From Podarcis erhardii (lineage: Eukaryota): a stretch of 64,000 bases of DNA. Under the pieces are notes generated by a model. It was not told the origin of the DNA. It saw only the letters and a program-made list of their open reading frames with translations, and searched no databases. A program made the translations under genes and the position numbers. Below, one piece after another: positions 49,930 to 61,328 of this stretch. Each line of letters starts with the position of its first letter. The first letter of the stretch is position 1. The stretch lies in the NCBI GenBank assembly GCA_964252035.1, contig OZ176201.1, one strand, 5' to 3'.

Positions 49930-51631
49930 TCCTGGCAGGATCCTGAATAAAAAGAGAAATATTTTGTAACTTTCTGAAACGTGAAAAATAAAGTGAGAAA
50001 AACATCTCATTGCTACAGAAAATAGTAAAGCAGGGACTTCTTTGACAAGCGGAGAGCAAGAATTCATTAAGACGAAATATCTGCATGTATTTCAAATCTC
50101 TGTTTTTAATTAGTTCCTCTGCAACCAAATCATAGTGCAATGTGTAACAGTTTCTTCTGGGTGATCACAACGCCATTTATCATGGGTTGGGATTGAATGA
50201 CTAACCGTCCTCACCGAGTAACTGAAGAGATACCTGTGCAATCTAGAGTCATTCTCATCTACAAGCTAGGAGCAATGCAATTCTTCAACTTCCACTAGAA
50301 AGTTCTGATCTAGAACAGAGCCAGCAACCATAGGCCCCTAAGACTTAAACATGCCCAAACAAGACTGTAAAAAAAGAGATGTAACTGTGGAAATATTACT
50401 TCCTGGCAACTACCTTCAAGGGTGGAAGTTGAACCACTGACCCACCACATGCCTTGTTGGTTGCCGAAAATGGCTCTGTTGGAAAATTCATTTTGTAGTC
50501 ACAGCTTCCGAACTGCATTGCAGGTGTCTTTACACTCCTCCCTAAAACAGGCAAGGAGAGGGGACGCTTCAGTGTTCAGGTTGTAGGAACTACTGTGAAT
50601 ACCTAATGATTGTTTTCATTAAATGGAATGGATAAGATGATCATGGGAACCCTTTGTTTGATCTTTTAATAAGCCAACTCAGTTCCAAGAGCACTGCAGC
50701 AAACAAATCACTGTTGGTATGCAGCACACGAATAAAGCACATTTAACAATCCAAACAATAGCTCTGGATGTCCCAGGTAACCCAATTTTCTAGGCTGGTG
50801 CTAGGAATTTGAAGTCAATTCCCAGCACTTCTGGGAGCACACAAAAATCCCTGTCTCAAAAATTTCAAAAATTATAAAGACAACTATTGCAACAAAGATG
50901 GCAGAAACAACAAATATGATACACAGCAGTATAGTTCCATGGAGCAAACAGATTTGGCCCTATTATAGCAACTTAACCTCACCTAGGCAAATGTAACCAA
51001 ATGCAACACGTTGGCTCTCATTCATAGTCTTGTTAGCCCTGCTACAGACCTTCAGACCTATAAATCTGGCAACCTGCAGAGATGGACGATGAGTTGACTC
51101 ATTTGTGGTCAGTGACAGCTTTCTAATATAGACCATGAGTACCTAGACTACTGCTGCTTCTACCGGTCTGTACATGGCTTTAGGGTCAATCTCCACATGT
51201 GGATCAGCTCAGCAGGCTCGAAGCACAGATGTGCCATGCACACAACATGCAGATGCATTGATCGGCTCTGCACAACACAGTCAGTCACTGGGTTGAGGTC
51301 AAGGGTGAGGATTCCTTTTGTGAAACCAATCCCTCCTCCAAATATTGATTCTACACAGTTTAAAATGCCTGAAAGAGCATTTTAGGAGGCTCTCTTTTTG
51401 CCACATCAACTTGACATGTATTTCTTGGAATTTCCAATAAGGCATTAAGGGAATACCCCTTCTGTTTTTAAAAGAATAACCCCACATCATTCTACTCTTT
51501 TATCCCAAAAGAAATGTCACAAGTCTACACGTGCTCAAAAGCTATAAAAATTAGCATTGCTCATGTATCATGTGTCATGACTGCATACAGATAATTTTAC
51601 ATGAGGCCAGTGTGCTGCAGTGATTAAGAAG

Positions 51632-51754
51632 CAGACTTCCAGACCTAGCATCCTTCAGATGTTCTGGACTACAATTCTCAACCTTGTCAAATGGTCAGAG
51701 ATGGTGGGAATTGTAATTCAAAACATCTGGAGGGGACATGATTAGGGAAGCCTG
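51632..51754. mobile_element. hAT-type palindromic MITE (older copy)
   Basis: CAGACTTCC...GGAAGCCTG termini and hairpin body. Confidence 0.65.
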
Positions 51755-51775
51755 AGTTAAAGTATCCACCTAGAA

Positions 51776-52119
51776 GTAAAAGGTAAAGGTAAAGGGACCC
51801 ATGACCATTAGGTCCAGGCGTGACCGACTCTGGGGTTGCGCGCTCATCTCGCTCTATAGGCTGAGGGAGCCGGCATTTGTCCTCAGACAGCTTCCGAGTC
51901 ATGTGGCCAGCATGACTAAGCCACTTCTGGCGAACCAGAGCAGCACACAGAAACACCGTTTACCTTCCCGCCGGAGCAGTACCTATTTATCTACTTGCAC
52001 TTTTATGTGCTTTCGAACTGCAGGAACAGGGACCGAGCAACGGGAGCTCACCCCGTCACAGGGATTTGAACCGCCGATCTTCTGATTGGCAAGCCCTAGG
52101 CTCTGTGGTTTAACCCATA
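51776..52119 (-). mobile_element. Sauria SINE
   Basis: Reverse-complement match to 49236-49596 including the (TAAAGG)n tail. Confidence 0.9.
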
Positions 52120-52245
52120 GTAAGGAGACTCAAATTCAAATCAGCTATGAGGAGAGGTGGCCTTGGGCTGGTTACTAACTCTCAGGGTTGTTGTGAGACT
52201 GGAAGCAGGAGAACCATATCTGCTGCCTTGAGCTCCTTGGAAATG
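52120..52245 (+). mobile_element. Old CORE-SINE (MIR/Ther1-like) fragment
   Basis: GGTGGCCTTGGGCTGGTTACT..CTCTCAG, GGGTTGTTGTGAG and GCTGCCTTGAGCTCCTTGG motifs. Confidence 0.45.
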
Positions 52246-53749
52246 CAATTATTTAGAAACTAGAAACAGGATAGGTTTCAGCCACTTCAACAAATACTTT
52301 ACACATAATAATGCCATAGTCTAAGAATAAAAGAAATTCAGGTAAGAGCATGAATTTAATATTGTGGAAGATGTTCCACAAAATGCATACAGAAACCTCC
52401 ACAAAAGTAAGACTCATCTCGCAAGAGCTTCCAGAATGGTGCGTCTTGGTCTCACCTACTCTCCAACTGTCTCCAAATTATAGTCTAATTTGGATATAAA
52501 TGAATGATGTTTGACCATGAAAGATTCTACCCTCAGGGCAGCAAAGTGGATTTTAAGGCTTTATGGTTCTTTCAACGTGAAAAGCGTGCTTTTGGACCAG
52601 AATTGTCATTCTTCATTACTACCACAGGAAAAAGGAATTGTATTTGTGGTGGGAGCCATTGCTCTGCTTCCATTCTTCTGTTAAAATGGGCTCACCTACC
52701 AGAAATATTGGTTACAGCATAATGTGTGTCAGTACAAAGAGCTGGAAGGCAGAATCTTGCGGCCCTTCCACTCCTACCTCATAATTGTAAACTAAACTGC
52801 AATTGTAAACTGCCCTGGAAAAAAATAAATCCTACACTGATTCAGTTTTGAAACCAGGCCAGTTAGTTCAGTTTTCTTTCCTTAGGACATAACATACCAT
52901 CATAGTGCCAGTTCACCCTGTTGGAGGAGTACTGCTTTGTGTGAGAAAACACAGAGAGAAAGTTTTGATATGACACTAGAATCACCTCATGCTCCTCCCA
53001 TCAAACTAAGATTTCTAGAAGGTAAGACAAATTAGATAACATTTCCTTGCTTGTCTTTTTAAACTTCTCCATGAGTTGTTTTTTTTACCATCCTTACATT
53101 CCTTCACATGCATCTTTGGACGCTGTCTCTCACAGACTCTGAACTCAGGTGATCTTTTGCTTTAAGAAGCTCCCAATGCCACAAGCTGGAGGCGTCCAGA
53201 ATTTCAAATCCAAGTTGCATCACAACTGTCAGAGAAGAAGGCGTGTTCAGCAACAATGCAGATGGCACTCACTGGGGTGGAGGTAGAACCAACAGTCCTA
53301 TTCTCATGGAACGAGAACCTGACACCTTTTCCTTCATGCATTGCAAAGAGGACATAAAACTTCTAGGATACTACTGCAATGCAATTTGGCTGATTCTCCT
53401 CAGCGTAAGGCCATATACATGGAACAAATAAGAAAAGGAAGCAGCCAAACTGCACCTCAAAGAGCCCATGAAGCAACAGAAGCCAGAATGGAGCTGGATA
53501 GTCCAAACAGGCCCACAAAGTAAGAGCAACCCGGTGGATGTGCCATCAGGTAACAGCCTACAAAACAACTCAAGGACAAAATCACAGCCACTGCAATATT
53601 TAGAAGATCAGGCTTTTCTTGCCCCTCGTTGCTTCTGTCTCCTTCCTGGGACTCTTTGACCAACCCCTCAGTCAGTTGACTGGGGATCACCTACTTCTGT
53701 GATCCACCCAGCAAGTCGCCGGTCCTAAAACGTCTGTTGGGTTAAACGT

Positions 53750-55260
53750 GCTCACGCGAAACAAATACTGGGAGACAGCAAGAAGCTGGGTGAGGCATCT
53801 TGCAAGAGCCTTGGCGAGGGAGAGCTCACCGCACGCGGCAGGATCTCCTCTCCACAAACACAGCAAGGAGCGCTGCCTCGATCAGGCAAAAGGAAGAGTC
53901 GCCTGCAGGGTTTGTTCTGTGGAGCAAAGAATTCGGCTGCATTTGGACTAGTGTTAAGTTAGGGGCAAGTTAGCGCCGGCTTAAAAAAAGAAAGAAAAAA
54001 GAAACCGGGGTCTGTTTGCTTTTTAATGCAGCGTGCAAATCTGGATAGCGCCACTCGACCTCCCCCACCCCACCCCCCGCGCTCTTTTGCACATGCATTT
54101 TTAACATTGCAAACATTCTGGGCGCATTCTGGGAGGAAAACACGAGAGCTAAAGAAAGCCTCTTCGCACCTCCTCCTCGGGGTTTGAGTTCAGCTCTAGC
54201 GCGTTATCCCACCAAACAGACAAACAAACAAAAAAGCAGCCAGTCACGCGCGAAGACAGAGTGTGCAGGGCATGTGGCAAGTCTAGACACAACTTTCTGC
54301 AAAAGCACCCGGCCTGCTTTGAGGGAGGCATGGAGCGGCTCCGGCCACCAGCTCCATGCCGGCGCCGCCGGCGCCTCCTCCTCCAGGGGGCCGTGCGCCT
54401 CGCCTCGCCTGCTTGCCTGCCTGCCCGCACATCTCCCTCCAGCAAAGCTCCCCCCCCCCTCGCCCAGCCCCGCGCCGCCCCACCAAGCGCGCCGGGTGAA
54501 GCGGGCTCGGCGAGCTGCAGCAAGCGCAGAGCTCCGTCGCCTCACTCACCAGTTTGCACGAGCTCCGCGCTGCTGGGTCGCTTCCCCCCTGCAGTGCAGA
54601 GCCGAGCTGAGCCGGGCCAGGAGGGGGGCGGAGACCAGCGTGCTCCCGGCGGCGGCGGCGGCTCCAAGCGCCGCTTGCGACTCCCGGCAGCCAAGCTGGG
54701 CTGCGCGGGCTCCGGCCGGAGAGAGCTCCCTGCTTGCTGATTGGGCGAGCGGGCAGGCGAGCGAGCGAGCGAGCGGCTGCTCCCCAAACAATGCGCGCCT
54801 TTGCCGAGTCAGCAGCCGCGCGAGGAAGCCCGCGCCGCCGTGCGCTGCTGGCCCAGGGAAGAATTCCAAGAATGATGGAATTCTCTTCCTAGCAGGTGGG
54901 GAGAGCCGCGCGGCCCCATTGGCTGCGGCGCCCATGAGATCAGCATACATTAGGATAATGAGGCCCTGACATCACATCCTCAGCAGGTAGAAAAGGGGAG
55001 GGCGAAGGGGGAGAGGCAGGAGGTACCTCAGCTGAAGGGAAGAGCCGGGTTGGGGAAGGGAGCCTTGAGCTGCCGTGACCCCTCCGGGGAGGAGGGTCGG
55101 CGCCGGCATTTATAACGCCCCCCCCCCACACACTTCTTCCTCTTTCCTCTGACTCCACCTCCTTTGCTGCAGAGTTTTCAGCGTAACGGGCTCCGGGCGG
55201 GAGGAGAGGAATAAGCGTTCCCCCCCCCCCATCAATTAGATGGGACGTTCCTCTATCCTG
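53750..55260. promoter_or_regulatory. VGLL4: CpG island, main VGLL4 promoter
   Basis: Very GC- and CpG-rich against a CpG-depleted background; CCAAT boxes on the minus strand at 54740-54744 and 54918-54922; (GGC)n and (GCGA)n tracts. Confidence 0.9.
54550..54800 (-). other. VGLL4: VGLL4 non-coding first exon (5' end approximate)
   Basis: Strong donor CTG|GTGAGT at 54549 within the CpG island, upstream of an exon that begins with an acceptor 13 nt before the ATG. Confidence 0.7.
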
Positions 55261-55564
55261 TCTCCTTTTCTGCATTTCGGATGTGCTCTGTGTCTCCCTT
55301 GAAGTCAACATACAGACATTTCAAAAATAATCCGAGAAATAAAGCATCAGAAATAGGTGCATATGAAAACACACGTTTTTGGATTGCATGTGTCAGAGCA
55401 CTGAATATACTAAGTTGAACAAGCTTCATTCAGCCTTTCATTTGGTAGTATTATTGCTTGCTTACTACGGATGACATTACTGTTTCCATGGCAACATTTC
55501 TGCGCCCAGAGTACACCCTGGCAAAAAACCAGAATCTGACCCTAGAAGTAGCAAAATGAATTTC

Positions 55565-57086
55565 AGTAGTACAAATGTAAGGATGTACAGCAGGAAGAAC
55601 CAGCTGCACCAATATAAGATGGGGGAGCACCTGGCTTGCCAGTAATACACGTGAAAAGAAACTAAGGGTCTTAGTAGACCACAAGCTTAGCATGAGTCAA
55701 CAGTGTGATGCAGCAGCAAAAAACCGCTAGTGCTATCCTAGGCTGAATCAACAGAAGTATTGGGGGAAGTAATAGTCCTGCTCTATTCTGCCTTGGTGAA
55801 ACCACACCTGGAATACTGTGTTCAGTTCTGGGCGCCACAATTTAAGCAGGATATTGACAAGCTGGGACGTGTGCAGAGGAGAGTGACCAAGATGATCAAG
55901 GGTCTGGAAACCATGCCTGATGAGGAACAGTTGAGGGACTTGGGTATGTTTAGCCTCAAGGGCTGTCACATGGGGACTGTAGCAAGCTTGTTTTCTCCTG
56001 CTCTGGAGGATAGCCCCAAACCAATGGATTCAAGTTACATGAAAGGAGACTCCAACTAAACATCAGGAATAATTTCTTAATAGTATGCAATCTGTGAATT
56101 TTATATCAACTTTCCATAATTTTTCCCAACTTTGGAGTTGGATGTTATGTCCCACATCCTGAGCCCATGAGAGAACTACATGAAAATAGATGGTATATCA
56201 CACCAGTGAAAATGGCAAAGATGTTTAGGAAATAAAATAACAGATGCTGGAGATGTAAGGAAAAGGAAGGAACATTTTATCACATGTGGTGGAAATGCAA
56301 ATGCATTAAAAAATATTGGGAAACGATATACAATTAATTGAAAAAAAATGTTTAAAATGAATTTTGTCAAACACCCTGAAGCCTTTTGGTTAGGTATCTC
56401 AAATCAAGAGCTACCAAAAGAAAAATGGACATTATTTATGTATGCTACAACAGTGGCAAGAATCTTGATTGCACAACTTTGGAAGACGGAAGAAATACCA
56501 TCAAAGGAACAGTGGCAAGAAAAGCTGATGAACTAAGCCGAATTGGCTAAGCTAACAGACAAACTACAAGAGAAGGGCAAAAAGGACTTCAAAAGAGTCT
56601 GGGAACCATTTACAGTTTATTTGCAGAAACAACAGAATGGACTGGATTCACTGGCAGGATTTGAATAAACTTTCACAACTTCCTTTGAGTAACAGATATT
56701 CTAGAGAAATAATAAGGGATTTTATTTTTGTGTAGAAAAAGCAGGATACGATAAATAAAACTAAATAACTCAGCAGAGGGGGAGTTGAGGGAAGTCTAGA
56801 GGAAGGGAGGGAGAATAACTGAATAACACGATGAATGAGATTTGTATCATTAATTGTTATAAAATTTAATTTAACTTTTTTAAAATAAATAACTTTCTGA
56901 TGGTAAGAGCTGTTTGACAGTGGGACAGACTACCTTGGGAGGTTGTGGGCTCTCCTTCCTTGGAGGTTCATAAGCAGAGGTTGGATGGCCATCTGCCATG
57001 GATGCCTTAGTTGAGATTCCTGAATTGCAGGGGGTTCAAATAGATTGCCCTGGGGGTCCCTTCCAACTCCACAATTCTGTGATTCT
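55565..57086 (+). mobile_element. CR1 LINE 3' part, split by an L1 insertion
   Basis: [48 protein letters not shown] (CR1 ORF2 C-terminus); resumes at about 56891 and ends in the TTCCAACTCCACAATTCTGTGATTCT tail. Confidence 0.92.
56090..56890 (+). mobile_element. Older L1 3' fragment
   Basis: TGCTGGAGATGTAAGGAAAAGGAAGGAACATTTTATCACATGTGGTGG (CWRCKEKEGTFYHMWW) and KHPEAFWLG...LFMYATTVARILIAQLWK, homologous to 27455-28501; 5' boundary uncertain. Confidence 0.85.
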
Positions 57087-60000
57087 TTGATCCTATGCTA
57101 AAGTGGGAATTTCCTTGGGGCCATGGCGATGTATCACTGCGGCTTCTGTGTGTCATTTCTCATCAAGGATTGCCGTGGTGACCTGGTAACTTCCCAATAG
57201 ACAGGATTATTTCTAACCAATTACAAATGTAGGGGTCTTTTAAAGAACCTGGACAACAGCCTTCATCCTGACTTGCTTGCATAAAGCTTAGGCTGTGGTT
57301 AGACTATGCCCAGTCTTTATTGAACATGCAGTCTGATTTGTTTACAAGGTGGTTATATCATAATGAGCATTCATCCTGGTTTGCTTGTGGAGTGTGTACA
57401 TGTCTACCTGTTATACCACTCATTAAATCTTTCAAAGGTATCACAAAATCTTAGTACACCTGGAATTTTAGCTCTCTCTTTTTTTTTTTGTGCCGGTCTG
57501 GTTGATTCTCTGTGACTTAACTCTATCCACATCTTGCCTTAATAAAATTATTGGTCATAGTTTACAACTGACATCAGCTTTATAAAATGTACTTCAAGGA
57601 AACTTTAATCTGAAACAAGTCACTAAGCTCCATATGCAAATAATTTGAGAAAGTATTTCAGCATTGCTCAACTGCAAAGCTGCCGCTTCATACAGCCTGA
57701 CATCTAGCCATACTCAGATGACAACAAAATGTCAAACTCTATCAGAAACACGCCACAGTCATGGCAACATTGTGCATGTGAGAATACTTAAGGATACTCT
57801 TCAAAAGTTACTTGGAAGAGAAAAATAAGAGACAAGCTGTGTCATCAAACTGAACTAATTCCAGATATGCTGTGAACATTGTTATACTTGGGAAATATAG
57901 TAATTATTGCATGCAACAAGAAATAATGCAGTATGCTGGCATTAAATAGTTTCTTCTTTCTGGTGACATTATAAGACAATTGCCTTCTCATACTTGCAAG
58001 TGGGGACATAACAAAGCACTCATTTTTCAAGAGTGGACAAGTATTTTAGTCTACTGGTTAATTTCTCTTGCTTTTTAGTATCAATGCCTTGACTGCATGA
58101 TTTGTTCTTAGTTGCAGAGAGACTTCATCTTCTAGTGCTGCAAGACTGTAGACATGTAAGACATGAATCTGTGAGACTAGTTTCACGCACGGCAAATGGG
58201 AGTTGTGTTTCTTGAGTAGCACCTCTGGCAGGCTACATTTAAAAGACTGAAAATGAAGGGAGTGGTACATGCAGTTTGCCACATGACAGGGATCAATTGT
58301 TCAAAGGAACCAAAATAAAAAACCCTGTTGGATCAGCACATGCTCTTGGTCTAGCCTCACTCGTTGGGTCCAGGCCATTATAAACAGGGAGATGGGGAAG
58401 TCCCAAAGCATGTGTTTTTTAATAATAAAAAAGTCAACATGTTTCCTTTGAAAAAACGTTTAGTCCCCCCTACACACACAAACACACCCACCCTTCAAAT
58501 GTTGTCTAAAAATGCTGTACATGGCATTCAAACTGTAAGAGAAACATTGTAAATGGGATGGGATGGTCCAGACATGCCATAATTATTATAACTCAAGATC
58601 CCATAACAAAGTAGCCTTTGATGTAGCAGAGAATTGAGATCTGCCAGACTACAAAGGCTGCATTTAGTATGTTTGTTCCCAAAATATAGCACACTGAATA
58701 CTAATTTTTACATGCAAAACCCATTTTTGCTCCCTATTAATTAGTTTTCTAGTTGAAATATTAATATAACTGGTGCATTTATCTTTTATTGGAAATGTTT
58801 GCACAATGCTTCAGCAGCAGATCTATAAAATAAGGTGCATTAGGACTGGGTATGGAATTTATCACTTGTATATCTCAAAGGGAAGGAAGGTACCTGGAAA
58901 TGGAGATTTGCATCCAAGGAATGGTTAGATTTAGTGTTTATTATTGTTTTTCTCTCACACCCATACTTCGTTCTACTACCCCTTAGTACAAAATAATACC
59001 GCAAGTCTTTATCCATTGTACTACACTGCCTCTCATATCAATTTCATTACTGAAGTGCTGTTTTTGAAAGACGTGACCTGCTGTGACCTGGTGCTCTCAT
59101 AGCATTATAATGAGTATATCATAAATGTCTAGACAGGCATATTTAAGAGTCTGGATCAGACATTGCTCTTCCCCCACTCCCCCTTAGTGTATGAGGTGTT
59201 CCAAAAGATAGATGAATCAAGGAACTAATGGCTCATGCCTCTGCATTCTGTACAAAGGGAGAATCAGACAGCCAGACAATCAACAGATGGGAATGGGTAC
59301 CTAAGGGACATTGGGACCAACAATCTTGCTACACTTATACACTGATAGATTCTAAATTTCCTGTTTACTTAAAGTGTCGGATCAGTGTGCTGAGGCAGCA
59401 AAAAGAGCAGACAGTGGCAAGACTTAGAAAGAAAGCAATCTAAATTGCAAGTATAATGGCAAACTAACATGAATTGACCTGAAGCATCATACCAATGGTT
59501 CATGTAATCCGATGATGGGCAGATTTCAGGCTTCTTGGGTCAACTTTGTTTTTTTACTAAATTCCCGAGATTAACCAGCCAGAGCCAAATGCAAACAACA
59601 TACAGCTAGAGTAAAAGAGCAGGATACCTCAGAACACGTTCTAAACCTAAGAACTTGTTTTCAGTACCAGCACTGAACAGAGTTTTACACACAAAAACAC
59701 CACTCTGGGTTAGCGCTCTTCATTTCAGAAGCCTAATTTTGTAATTCCTATCAAGTATCTGGAAATCGGAAACCCTGGCCAATTCACTAGACATCACCCA
59801 GAAATGTGCCAATAGATCTCCACCTATTTTCTACTCACCCAGCATTCTACTTTCAACTGTGGAAACACTGAAGTCCTCTGAGAGGGTCAAGGCATCTTGC
59901 AGCAGCCATCCCCTGTTGTTGCTCCTACTCCTTCTCTGTTATTTGGAGGGTATATACTGCCTTCAAATAAACAGTTCTGCATAGACTTCACAGGTTATAG

Positions 60001-60378
60001 CTCCAAATAAAGCCATTTATCCAGGACTCTGACAAATCCTTTCTCAGGTCCCGCCAAAGCTCACGACAGTCACTACATATTGTAACGGTAAACGGCATAC
60101 ATATAAACTGTTCACTGTGTGCAGATGTAATTCCATTTGTCTGCCAAGGAATTTCACTAAACGATCAGACATGGTTTTGAGAAAATTCCATCCACTCTCT
60201 TTATAGTTTTAACTTGATAAACGTTCATTTCCCCACCACCCACACAGAATCAGAATTGTATGTAACACTATTTGGCCAGAATCCAACACAGAATGAAGTA
60301 TGTTTGAGTCTGTTTTGGAATATGGCCTAAATGGGCCATTCATAATTACTGTTTTAGTTTTATCCCTTTCCTAAAATA

Positions 60379-60852
60379 TAATAATAATAATAATAAAATT
60401 TATTTGTAACCCACCCTCCCTGGCCAGAGCCGGGCTCAGAGAGGCTAACATCATTTAAATAATACAATATGCATAAAAACAAGCAATTGATCGATTAAAA
60501 TGTATCCCAAAATTAATTCAAATAAATTAAAACTAAAACTGGACAAATGACAATCCTCAGGTTAAAATTGAAAGCAGTTAATACTCGCCAGGGCCAATTG
60601 TTTCCACTGATATTATAAGGACCTGTGAGTGGGCTGGGAAACCTCCTTCATGCTTGTTCTTATACAAAGAGAAAATGAGTCAGATTGAACCCTGACCAAA
60701 AGCCTGGCAGAACTGCCCTGTCTTGCAGGCCCTGAGGAAGGATGTCAAATCTTGCAGGGCCCTGGTCTCTTGTGAGAGAGCATTCCACCAGGCTGGGGCT
60801 ATGGCCAAAAAGGCCCTGGCTCTGGTCAAGGCCAGTCTAATCTCCCTGGGGC
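60379..60852 (-). mobile_element. L2 LINE 3' end with (TAT)n tail
   Basis: GAGAGCATTCCACCAGG..GGGGC..TGGCC.AAAAGGCCCTG is the reverse of the RAFS.AP.WN.L motif; 3' UTR and tail present. Confidence 0.75.
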
Positions 60853-61089
60853 TGTTTATTGGTCACTTTCCGCAGAACAAAGCAGTTAATATCTGTATGG
60901 ATTTTGTTGCTAAGTTTTAAAATCAATAACCGCACATTAAAAGTAACTGTGTATTAAAAATTAAGAAACAAAAATACTTCATCCCTGCACAACATAAACA
61001 TGATATCCTAGCATTTAACTTGTACTTCAAACTGTAGTTTGTTTTCTGTACAGCTGTTTTACCACTGAAGCAGTTCAGAGGGGGGAAAT

Positions 61090-61328
61090 GTTGGCATTGT
61101 CTGTCTCGAGAGACAATGGAGTGTGCCTTGGGGGGGGGTGAAATTAAAGTGCTGCGCTCGCAACACTGAAGTGACATCCCTGAGGTGCAAGCCTGGGCAG
61201 TGTGTAGGGTGGACCCGGGCTGCCCAGACAACAAGACCCCCTCTTGGCCTCACTTACGTGGACCAAAGGAAAGGAGAGCAGCATGTTTGGTGCCAGCTTG
61301 GCTGCAGGAGTTGCCAGAAGGAGGCATA
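61090..61328 (-). mobile_element. RTE-related short non-autonomous retroposon
   Basis: Minus-strand 3' end CACTCCATTGTCTCTCGAGACAGACAATGCCAAC resembles the recalled squamate RTE tail. Confidence 0.55.

Larger units (their letters stand above)
1..54800 (-). other. VGLL4: VGLL4 gene, 5' portion (first exons and long introns; 3' exons presumably outside the window to the left)
   Basis: Two recognisable N-terminal coding exons (METPLDVLSRAASLVHADDEK-R and MLFMKMDLLNYQYLDKMNNNIGIL..YEG) in the vertebrate order, each ending in a phase-1 GT donor, plus a CpG-island first exon. The 5' boundary is approximate. Confidence 0.95.

Noticed and set aside
54149-55311. Long overlapping ORFs (up to 261 aa) at the CpG island
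   Set aside because: Ala/Arg/Pro/Gly-rich products in several frames on both strands are expected from stop-poor GC-rich DNA; no recognisable domain
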